From: Chloroflexota bacterium
GTDB taxonomy: Bacteria > Chloroflexota > Limnocylindria > Limnocylindrales > CSP1-4
Length of the DNA: 64,000 nt
Direction of reading: 5' to 3'
Assembly (NCBI GenBank): GCA_016191395.1
Contig: JACPOS010000023.1
Coordinates: forward strand, 1,290-65,289
The position numbers were made by a program, and so were the translations under genes. Shown here in pieces: positions 57,013-64,000 of the stretch. Below the pieces are notes generated by a model. That model had not been told where the DNA came from. It did no database searches and saw only the letters and a list, made by a program, of their open reading frames with translations. The stretch's first letter is position 1; every line of letters begins with the position of its first letter.

Positions 57013-58026
57013 TTAGACCTCGATGTCCACGATCTTGCGGATGAAGAAGAAGCCGGCACCCATGGCCAGCAGCGCCACGAGGAGCAGGATCAAGCCCATG
57101 GGGATGCCAAGGATCGCCGGCGGAGCGACGAACATCGGGTCGAAGAACGTTGGCGCCGCGAGGAAGATGAAGAAGGCCAGGAAGAACGGCAGCGCGCCGA
57201 CGACGTAGCCGGACAGGCGCTGCTGCGCGGTCAGCGTCCGGATCTCGCCCTTGATCCGGATGCGCTCGCGGATGGTGAAGGCGATGGAATCCAGGATCTC
57301 GGCGAGGTTGCCGCCGACCTGGTGCTGGATCGCGATGGCGGTGGCCATGAGCTCGAAGTCCTCGGACTTCACGCGCTTGACCATGTTCTCCAGGGCGAGA
57401 TCGAAGGGCAGGCCAAGGTTGACCTCGCGGATGACGCGACCGAACTCGATCGAGATCGGCGGCCGCGACTCGCGCACCACGAGCTCGATGGCCTGGAGGA
57501 ACGAGGAGCCGGCGCGGAGGGCGTTCGCGATCAGCGTGACCGTGTCCGGCAGCTGCTTGTTGAACGCGCGGAGGCGCGAGGACTTGCGGTTGCCGAGCCA
57601 GAAGCGAGGCGCCATGAACCCGATGAGCAGCCCGAGGATGAGGACGATCGGGTTCTGGAGCGCCTTGACGACGAAGCCGATCAGGAACATCACGGCCGGC
57701 ACACCCACCGTGAGCCCGCCCCAGATGGCGATGTACTCGGACGGCTTCAGCTTGAGGTCCGCGGCGCCGAGGTCGCGCAGCAGGTTGGCGCCGAAGTCGC
57801 GCTTCTCGACGACCTTGTTGAGTTGCGCCAGCGCGGCGGACTTGGCAATGAGCTCGGCAACGCCGCCCTGGCCGGCTGCCCCCGCCTCCGCCGTCTTGGA
57901 TCCGGCTGCGTACCGCTCCAGCCGCTCCAACGTCACGCCGCCGGTCCCGGACATGGAGATGCCCAGGGCGATCAGGATGATCGCGGCTGCGGCACCGCCG
58001 GCGATGACGAGGGTCATTGGGTCCAT
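57013..58026 (-). CDS. tadB: Tad pilus inner-membrane platform protein TadB (T2SS F family)
   Basis: T2SSF domain (..LPDTVTLIANALRAGSSFLQAIE..). It lies 3 nt upstream of tadC. Confidence 0.85.
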   Translation of the reverse strand: MDPMTLVIAGGAAAAIILIALGISMSGTGGVTLERLERYAAGSKTAEAGAAGQGGVAELIAKSAALAQLNKVVEKRDFGANLLRDLGAADLKLKPSEYIAIWGGLTVGVPAVMFLIGFVVKALQNPIVLILGLLIGFMAPRFWLGNRKSSRLRAFNKQLPDTVTLIANALRAGSSFLQAIELVVRESRPPISIEFGRVIREVNLGLPFDLALENMVKRVKSEDFELMATAIAIQHQVGGNLAEILDSIAFTIRERIRIKGEIRTLTAQQRLSGYVVGALPFFLAFFIFLAAPTFFDPMFVAPPAILGIPMGLILLLVALLAMGAGFFFIRKIVDIEV

Positions 58027-58034
58027 CTGTCGGC

Positions 58035-59459
58035 CTAGAAGGTGAAGCCGAAGATGTTGTTCGGCAGGTGGATGCCCTGGGCCTCGAACTGCTCGACGAA
58101 CTTCGGCCGGATGCCGGTCGGCTTGAGCCGGCCCTGGATCCTGCCGTCGATCACGCCGGTCTGCTCGAAGACGAACACGTCCTGCATGACGATCGTGTCA
58201 CCTTCCATGCCCTGGACCTCGGTGATGTTCACGATCTTGCGGGTGCCGTCCTTGAGGCGGGACTGGTGGACGATGAGGTCCACGGCGGAGCTGATCTGCT
58301 CGCGGATGGCGCGGACCGGAAGGTCCACGCCGGCCATGAGGACCATGGTCTCCAGGCGGGCGAGCATGTCGCGCGGGGTGTTGGCGTGGCCGGTGGACAG
58401 CGAGCCGTCGTGGCCGGTGTTCATGGCCTGGAGCATGTCCAGCGCCTCGCCTGCACGGCACTCCCCGACCACGATGCGGTCGGGGCGCATGCGCAGGCTG
58501 TTGCGGACGAGCTCGCGGATGGGGATCGCGCCCTTGCCCTCGATGTTCGGGGGCCGGGACTCCAGGGTGACCACGTGCTCCTGGCGGAGCTGAAGCTCAG
58601 CCGCATCCTCGATCGTGACGATCCGCTCATCGTTCGGGATGAACGACGAGAGGACGTTGAGCGTCGTCGTCTTGCCGGAGCCGGTGCCGCCAGAGACGAA
58701 GATGTTGAGCCGCGCCTCCACGCACGCCCGGAGGAACTCGAACATGTCCGGCGTGGAGGTGCCGAACCGGATGAGGTCGTCGGTGGTGAACGGGCTGGCC
58801 GCGAACTTTCGAATGGTGATGACCGGCCCGACGAGCGACAGCGGCGGGATGATCGCGTTGACGCGGGAGCCGTCCGTCAGGCGGGCGTCCACCATCGGCG
58901 ACGACTCGTCCACGCGGCGTCCGATCGGGGCAATGATCCGGTCGATGATGCGCATGACGTGGTCGTCGTTCTGGAAGACGACGTTCGTCAGCTCCAGCTT
59001 GCCCGATCGCTCGATGTAGACCTGGCGCGGGCCGTTGACCATGATTTCCGAGACGGAGTCGTCACGGAGGAGCGGCTCAAGCGGGCCGAGGCCGATGATC
59101 TCGTCGGTGATCTGCTCCAGCATCCGGACGCGCTCGGCGCGGGTGAGGGCGAGGCCCTCCTCGTCGATGACGCGGCTGAAGATCTCCTCGATCTGCCGGC
59201 GGACCTCCACCTGGTTGGTGAGGTCCAGCTTGGGATCAAGGTCCTGGATGACCCGGTTCTGGATCCGGAACTTGACGTCGCGGAAGGATTCGCGGGCGGG
59301 CAGCTGCGAGGTCAGACGGGGTGCGGCAGGCACGGGCGGGCCACCGGTGCCGCCTTCGGGCTGGACGTCGCGGCCGGACTGCTGACCGGAAGGAACCGGC
59401 AGCTTCTCGTCACCGGCACCAGCCGGGCGGGCGCTCTCGATGCGCTTGAGGAGTGACAT
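58035..59459 (-). CDS. cpaF: Tad pilus ATPase CpaF/TadA
   Basis: ..[14 protein letters not shown].., Walker [11 protein letters not shown], ..[13 protein letters not shown].., ..[31 protein letters not shown].. Confidence 0.95.
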   Translation of the reverse strand: MSLLKRIESARPAGAGDEKLPVPSGQQSGRDVQPEGGTGGPPVPAAPRLTSQLPARESFRDVKFRIQNRVIQDLDPKLDLTNQVEVRRQIEEIFSRVIDEEGLALTRAERVRMLEQITDEIIGLGPLEPLLRDDSVSEIMVNGPRQVYIERSGKLELTNVVFQNDDHVMRIIDRIIAPIGRRVDESSPMVDARLTDGSRVNAIIPPLSLVGPVITIRKFAASPFTTDDLIRFGTSTPDMFEFLRACVEARLNIFVSGGTGSGKTTTLNVLSSFIPNDERIVTIEDAAELQLRQEHVVTLESRPPNIEGKGAIPIRELVRNSLRMRPDRIVVGECRAGEALDMLQAMNTGHDGSLSTGHANTPRDMLARLETMVLMAGVDLPVRAIREQISSAVDLIVHQSRLKDGTRKIVNITEVQGMEGDTIVMQDVFVFEQTGVIDGRIQGRLKPTGIRPKFVEQFEAQGIHLPNNIFGFTF

Positions 59460-59476
59460 CTACCCGGGTCCCCCTG

Positions 59477-60727
59477 CTACCGCCACGCGAAGAGTGACTT
59501 GTTCTTGGCCGCGCCCTTGGCGGCCTTGTCGCCCGGCTTGGCGATCGCGGCCGTGGGCGCCGGACCGGTGACCGCCGCCGCCAGGCGCTGGATGTCCTGC
59601 GACACCTGGGCCTCGCGATTGCTGAGGAAGAACGGGACGCCGCGGTTGAGGGCGTACACCACGCTCCGGCCGTCGCTGACGATCGTGTGGTCCACCTTGC
59701 GCCCGATGGAGTGCTCCACGTCCGCGACGCGGATGCCGAGCGTGGAGTCTGCGCGGTTGAGCACGAGCCTGATCTTCTCCGGACCGTAGCCCAGCTGCTC
59801 GCAGACCTCCAGGAAGAGGCGCATGTTCTTGACGCTCGTGATCTCCAGCGTCAGCAGGGTCAGGATCAGATCCGCCTCGTCGAGAACGGCGAGGGTCGCC
59901 TCGTTGAAGGTCGACGGGCAATCCACGACCACCAGGTCGAACGAGCCGCGCAGGCCCTGGAGGACCTTCTTCACGGCGGACGGGCCGATCAGCTCGGCCT
60001 GCTCCGGCGACGGTGGCGCGAGCAGGACCTTGACCCCGGAGGAGTGGGTGATCATGAACGTGTCGAGCGATTCGGCCTCGCCCGTCTGGAGCTCGCCCGC
60101 GAGGTCGGCGATGGACTTGTTCTTGGGGTTCAGGTTCAGGAGCACCCCGACGTCGCCGAACTGGAACGACGCGTCCACGAGCGCGACGCGCTTGCTGGTC
60201 TGTGCCGCCGCCACCGCGAGGTTCACCGCGACGGTGGTCCGCCCCACACCGCCCTTCGGGCTGAAGACCGCGACCACGGAGGCGGGCTCGCCGCTGCCGT
60301 TGGAGATCTCCTGGCTCGTGATGACGGGCGCGTAGCGGGTCTGCTTCTCCTTCTCGCGCGACCAGACCTGGCGGATGGACGCCGTCAGCTCATCGGAGCT
60401 GAATGGCTTCACGAGGAACTCGCGCGCGCCGGCGAGCATGGAACGTCGGAGGTAGTCCGCCTCGCCCTGGACGGACATCATGATCACGGCGGCGGTCGGC
60501 ACGTCCGCGGCGAGCTTCTCGGTCGCGGTGATGCCGTCCATGCCGGGCATGTTGATGTCCATCAGGACGACGTCCGGCCTGACCTTGGACGCCATCTCGA
60601 GCGCCTCGGCCCCGCCGCCGGCCGCCCCGACCACCTCGACGTCGCTCTCGAAGCCCAGGAGCTTCGAGAGGTGATCCCGGGTCTCCGGGATGTCGTCGAC
60701 GATCAGGACCTTGATTCGATCCGTCAT
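59477..60727 (-). CDS. cpaE: response-regulator receiver fused to CpaE/TadZ-type ParA/MinD-like ATPase
   Basis: The REC domain carries D11-D12, D57 (VVLMDINMPGMDG) and K (FLVKPF). The MinD-like domain has ..VFSPKGGVGRTTVAVNLA.. with Arg at the usual P-loop Lys position. Confidence 0.85.
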   Translation of the reverse strand: MTDRIKVLIVDDIPETRDHLSKLLGFESDVEVVGAAGGGAEALEMASKVRPDVVLMDINMPGMDGITATEKLAADVPTAAVIMMSVQGEADYLRRSMLAGAREFLVKPFSSDELTASIRQVWSREKEKQTRYAPVITSQEISNGSGEPASVVAVFSPKGGVGRTTVAVNLAVAAAQTSKRVALVDASFQFGDVGVLLNLNPKNKSIADLAGELQTGEAESLDTFMITHSSGVKVLLAPPSPEQAELIGPSAVKKVLQGLRGSFDLVVVDCPSTFNEATLAVLDEADLILTLLTLEITSVKNMRLFLEVCEQLGYGPEKIRLVLNRADSTLGIRVADVEHSIGRKVDHTIVSDGRSVVYALNRGVPFFLSNREAQVSQDIQRLAAAVTGPAPTAAIAKPGDKAAKGAAKNKSLFAWR

Positions 60728-60749
60728 GAGCGCGTTGCCCCTCCCGCCG

Positions 60750-61613
60750 CTACTTGAGCGGGGTCGGGATCGGAACCTGGACGATCTCGGGCGGCAGGAC
60801 GCCGTACGTGTCGACCAGGGTCTTGAGGATCACGCCGGTGGTCTCCGCGGTCTGGCCCGCATCAAGGGGCGAGCGCAGGATCGCGTCCAGCACGCCCGTG
60901 GTCCGCGCGAAGAGCAGCACCTCGGCCTGGGCCGGGGTCACCGCGAGGATGAGCAGCTTGCTCTGCGGCTCCGTGAATTCCGGCGCGCGGGAGGGCGCGG
61001 GCTGGCCCTGCGCGGCCGCAGGCGCGGGCGGCGGCGGCGGGTTGATGACGCCGATGATCTGCACGTCCTGCAGCAGCAGGGGCAGCTTGATGCTCAACGG
61101 GTTGATACCCGACACCACGGTGACCGTGCCGTCCTTGAGGACCTGCACCACCGGGAACGCGTCGCCGCGGAGGCTGATGATCAGGTCAACCGTGTCGCCG
61201 ACGTCCAGCAGGTTGCCGACGCCCGTGAGCTCGTTGACGGCGATGGTCATCGCGCGTCGCCCAGTTGGAACCGTCAGGGGCACCGCGCGGTTCTGGAAGT
61301 CGCTGGAGTGGACCTGGGCGCCGGCGACGATTGCCTTCCGGGTCGTCTTGCCGACGGCCTGGGACGGGTCGCCGTACACGCTTGTCTCGCGGAGGTTCAC
61401 CGCCAGCGTTCGCGTGGTGAGCATCTCCGCGGTCACGATCGTGCCGAGCGGGATGTCCGAGACGGCAACGACGGTGGGCAGCTGCGTTGGCGCGGTCGCG
61501 GCCGGAGTCCCGGTCTGCCCGCCGCCCTTGTTGGAGCTGAGCAGGATGACGACGAACACCAAGGCTGCCAGGAACACGCCGAGCAGCAGGACGAGCCGAC
61601 TGGTGCGTCGCAC
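60750..61613 (-). CDS. cpaB: Flp pilus assembly protein CpaB/RcpC
   Basis: N-terminal TM helix, SAF domain (..VVAVSDIPLGTIVTAEML..), and RcpC region (..TIAVNELTGVGNLLDVGDTVDLI..). Confidence 0.8.
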   Translation of the reverse strand: MRRTSRLVLLLGVFLAALVFVVILLSSNKGGGQTGTPAATAPTQLPTVVAVSDIPLGTIVTAEMLTTRTLAVNLRETSVYGDPSQAVGKTTRKAIVAGAQVHSSDFQNRAVPLTVPTGRRAMTIAVNELTGVGNLLDVGDTVDLIISLRGDAFPVVQVLKDGTVTVVSGINPLSIKLPLLLQDVQIIGVINPPPPPAPAAAQGQPAPSRAPEFTEPQSKLLILAVTPAQAEVLLFARTTGVLDAILRSPLDAGQTAETTGVILKTLVDTYGVLPPEIVQVPIPTPLK

Positions 61614-61777
61614 GGATTGGATCCTCCCCGGAAATGCTTGTCGCTTGTGACAGGTGGCACCACTCTAGCACCGGCCAGAGGAGCGGCGACTATACGAATG
61701 GGCTATGACCACTGGCAAGAGGTGGCAAGAACCCGCGCTCGGCGCAAGGTTCTTCGCAAGGCCCGCCAGGGAATGAA

Positions 61778-61809
61778 AAGACCGCCGGGCCTTGCAGCTC
61801 GGCGGTCTT
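61778..61809 (-). terminator. attenuator or terminator hairpin after flp-1
   Basis: On the minus strand: AAGACCGCCG-(12-nt loop)-CGGCGGTCTT followed by TTCATTCC. It lies 21 nt after the pilin stop, upstream of cpaB. Confidence 0.5.
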
Positions 61810-61829
61810 CTCGCTGTGTCGGTGTTCCG

Positions 61830-62000
61830 TTAGACGGACTGGCCGATCGTGCTCAGGATGCCCGAGACCTGGCTGCCCAGGAAGATCAGGGCGATGATCG
61901 CCACGATGGCGATGAGGGCGAGGATCAGCGCGTACTCCGCGAGGCCCTGGCCTTCCTCGTCACGACGAACGAGATTGATGAGAGCGGTAAGGAACTGCAT
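61830..62000 (-). CDS. flp: Flp family type IVb pilin (56 aa)
   Basis: Hand translation gives MQFLTALINLVRRDEEGQGLAEYALILALIAIVAIIALIFLGSQVSGILSTIGQSV. The Flp motif is G/QGLAEY followed by a hydrophobic helix. GGAGG SD lies 8 nt upstream. The gene is below the 60-aa ORF-track cutoff. Confidence 0.85.
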   Translation of the reverse strand: MQFLTALINLVRRDEEGQGLAEYALILALIAIVAIIALIFLGSQVSGILSTIGQSV

Positions 62001-62077
62001 TGGTTTGGTACCTCCTTTCCTTGAGTGATCCCCGTCGAGGAAAGAGATCCCTCTTCCCCCGACAGAGTCGGCTCGGA

Positions 62078-62107
62078 ACCCTAAACGGCTTGCCCGGCTT
62101 GTGTCAA
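62078..62107 (-). promoter_or_regulatory. possible promoter for flp-1
   Basis: On the minus strand: TTGACA (62107..62102), a 17-18 nt spacer, then TAGGGT (62083..62078). Sequence-only guess. Confidence 0.3.
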
Positions 62108-62176
62108 CCGACCCGGGAGTGGCCGCCGCTCCTCCGCCCGTGGGGTCGGAGGAGCCGGCTCCATGCTTGAGCGTTG

Positions 62177-62347
62177 CTAGACGGACTGGCCGATGGTGCT
62201 CAGGATGCCCGAGACCTGGTTGCCGAGGAAGATCAGGGCGATGATCGCGACGATGGCGATCAAGGCGAGGATCAGCGCGTACTCCGCGAGACCCTGGCCG
62301 TCCTCGTCGCGCTTGAGAGCCGCGAGGAACCGAGTGATGAGGGCCAT
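62177..62347 (-). CDS. flp: Flp family type IVb pilin (56 aa)
   Basis: Hand translation gives MALITRFLAALKRDEDGQGLAEYALILALIAIVAIIALIFLGNQVSGILSTIGQSV. GGGAGG SD upstream. The 3' two-thirds are nearly identical in DNA to flp-1. A GC hairpin (62128..62155) follows the stop. Confidence 0.87.
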   Translation of the reverse strand: MALITRFLAALKRDEDGQGLAEYALILALIAIVAIIALIFLGNQVSGILSTIGQSV

Positions 62348-62488
62348 GGACCGTAGCCTCCCGATGCGTGGATCCCGCCCTCTAGGTCGGCGGGTCAGCC
62401 AGAACCATACGATCGGTGACGTTGGGTGGCGTATGACCCATTGGTACTGGGTTCGGTGCTGAAGAGCCTCACTGGTATGTCGGTCGGG

Positions 62489-63733
62489 CTAGGGCATAGC
62501 GTTCCAGGGTTCGTAGGGTTCGCCCGGCGCCGGCCAGCGGAGGGCCCAGTCGGGATGCAGGACGTGTGGCAACATGCGGAAACTGAGGACGACGCCGATC
62601 AGGATGCAGGCAAGCGCGATGGCCGAGGCCGCCCGTCGACCACGCCAGGCTCCGATGATCGCCACCATGCCGAGGGCCGTCGCGGGGATGAAGAAATAGC
62701 GAGCGGCTCCCGAGGTGAGGTCCGTCAGCGGCCCGCCGTCGGAGCGCAGGAAGAGCCCGATGATCGCGAGAGCTGCAATCGCGTAACCCGCAACGGCAGC
62801 CACGCGCCGGGGAACCTGGCGCACCGCGACGAGGACTGGAACCAGCAGGACGAGCCCCGGAAGCAGCGCATGGTCGCGAAGGGGTTCGCTGAGCGTCTGG
62901 CCGATCACCGGGGCGACGACGAGCCGGAGCGCGATGTCGTTTGGGATGTCGCCGAGCGGTGATTGCAGGAACCGCTGCGAAATGGTCAGAGCGACCAGCT
63001 GGATCGCGCCGGTCGCCGCAATCGCATAGGCGAAGGGTCGGAATGCGACGTCGCGCCAACCCCGCGCCACGAAGATGGGCGCCAAGATCAGTGAGAACGG
63101 CCCGGTGAGTCCGGCCACCACGAGTGGCGGAAGCCAACGACGCCTTGGCGCGATGCTGAAGATGAAGGCACCAAGGAAGATGGCGAGGTACCACTGCACA
63201 TACGTGAGGGACCCCGCGACCTCGGCTGAGAGGGGTGAGAGGACCACGAACAACCCAAGGACCGCGCGCAGACGGCGGTCGCCCGGTAGTTCCTCGCTCA
63301 CGAAGAACGCCGCCACGGCCGCCATCACCAGAAGAGCCACCGTGTTGCCAACGAGCGGAGCGAGCTCGACCGGAACGGCGCGCTCGATGTACGCCACGAG
63401 CCGGGGCACCAGATGCAGATACCCCGCGTACGGGGTCCAGGGTGATGAGAACCATGCGCCGAGATAGAAGACCTGCCCATCCTCGTTGAAGAAGGTTGGA
63501 TTCGTGATCGTCTCGGGTCGGCGCGCGACTGCGAGCGCGAGAGCGACAAGGAACACCCCGGGGACGGTCGCCAGTCGTGCAGACGCCGCCTCGCCGACCG
63601 TTCGGGCACGGCCCGCCAAGATCCAGAGGGTCTCCGGGCTCGCGAACGCGCTCGCCATCCGCGCATTCTGCATCGCACGGGCCCCGCGGCCAGCGACGCT
63701 GTGCGTGGACAATACCGAGCTGCGACGGTTCAT
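62489..63733 (-). CDS. polytopic membrane protein, family not recognised
   Basis: 414 aa with at least 9 hydrophobic helices (..NPTFFNEDGQVFYLGAW..). It sits immediately upstream of the flp genes on the same strand. It does not resemble an A24 prepilin peptidase. Confidence 0.5.
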   Translation of the reverse strand: MNRRSSVLSTHSVAGRGARAMQNARMASAFASPETLWILAGRARTVGEAASARLATVPGVFLVALALAVARRPETITNPTFFNEDGQVFYLGAWFSSPWTPYAGYLHLVPRLVAYIERAVPVELAPLVGNTVALLVMAAVAAFFVSEELPGDRRLRAVLGLFVVLSPLSAEVAGSLTYVQWYLAIFLGAFIFSIAPRRRWLPPLVVAGLTGPFSLILAPIFVARGWRDVAFRPFAYAIAATGAIQLVALTISQRFLQSPLGDIPNDIALRLVVAPVIGQTLSEPLRDHALLPGLVLLVPVLVAVRQVPRRVAAVAGYAIAALAIIGLFLRSDGGPLTDLTSGAARYFFIPATALGMVAIIGAWRGRRAASAIALACILIGVVLSFRMLPHVLHPDWALRWPAPGEPYEPWNAMP

Positions 63734-63773
63734 CGCGGGACGAACCCCGCATCATCGACAGCGTCGCTGCGGA

Positions 63774-64000
63774 TCAGGTCGACCTTGAGGCTGCTCCGGC
63801 GGGAGAACCTTCGGCGGTTGCCGGGGTGGGCAGGACCACCTCCAGGTGGAGTCGGGCGCCGTCGTCGAGCATCTCCGCGCTGACCCCGAGGATGCGAGCG
63901 CGTGCAGAGACCTCGCGCCACGCCTGCTCCGGCAGGCGGGACAGGCTGGCGACGCGCTCTGCCTCCACCGCGTCCAGGTACGCCTTCCGGCGCTCGCCGA
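63774..64000 (-). CDS. 3' end of a gene entering from the right edge (hypothetical)
   Basis: Open minus-strand frame from the window edge: ..ERRKAYLDAVEAERVASLSRLPEQAWREVSARARILGVSAEMLDDGARLHLEVV.., ending at TGA 63774..63776. No family recognised. Confidence 0.3.
   Translation of the reverse strand, partial: GERRKAYLDAVEAERVASLSRLPEQAWREVSARARILGVSAEMLDDGARLHLEVVLPTPATAEGSPAGAASRST

Noticed and set aside
61830-62000. Suspected frameshift in the first flp copy.
   Set aside because: Codon-by-codon re-reading against the ORF-track coordinates shows an intact 57-codon frame (171 nt) from ATG 62000 to TAA 61830. The suspicion came from a transcription slip on my part.
62489-63733. Whether the 414-aa membrane protein upstream of flp is the missing TadV/CpaA prepilin peptidase.
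   Set aside because: It is 2-3 times longer than A24-family Flp peptidases. I could not find the paired Asp motifs in the expected short cytoplasmic loops. The family assignment is left open.

Overview
This is a very GC-rich bacterial chromosomal core segment with strong GC3 codon bias. Gene content and order (ssrA/smpB-ftsEX-prfB-secA; gyrA/gyrB-parBA; rplU-rpmA-rpmE-prfA-prmC-tsaC-glyA-wecA-atpIBEFHAGDC-murA-mreB) match conserved clusters of Actinobacteria, Chloroflexi and Firmicutes (Terrabacteria). About 65 genes are supported. Nearly all are housekeeping and tightly packed, with many ATGA/GTGA start-stop overlaps. Four features are invisible to the ORF track: a tmRNA (1938..2311, tag ANKQSTLALAA), the programmed +1 frameshift of prfB (CTT TGA C, 11067..11073), a perfect parS (24801..24816), and two tandem 56-codon Flp pilin genes (61830..62000 and 62177..62347). 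Four parts are the least ordinary. (i) The right-hand ~9 kb is a secretin-less Tad/Flp pilus operon with a canonical-receiver TadZ and embedded DUF192 and GT87-like membrane-protein genes. (ii) An orphan two-subunit urease (gamma-beta fusion plus alpha) sits between ssrA and smpB with no accessory genes. (iii) A promoter / SD-sequestering hairpin / 29-codon mini-ORF / terminator module lies directly 5' of smpB. (iv) A Cys-rich 75-aa ORF abuts the prfB start. I saw no rRNA, tRNA, CRISPR array, transposase/integrase, or recognisable defence or toxin genes. I cannot claim a clearly novel multi-gene system beyond these candidates. The many long ORFs antisense to, or in alternate frames of, real genes are GC-driven artefacts.
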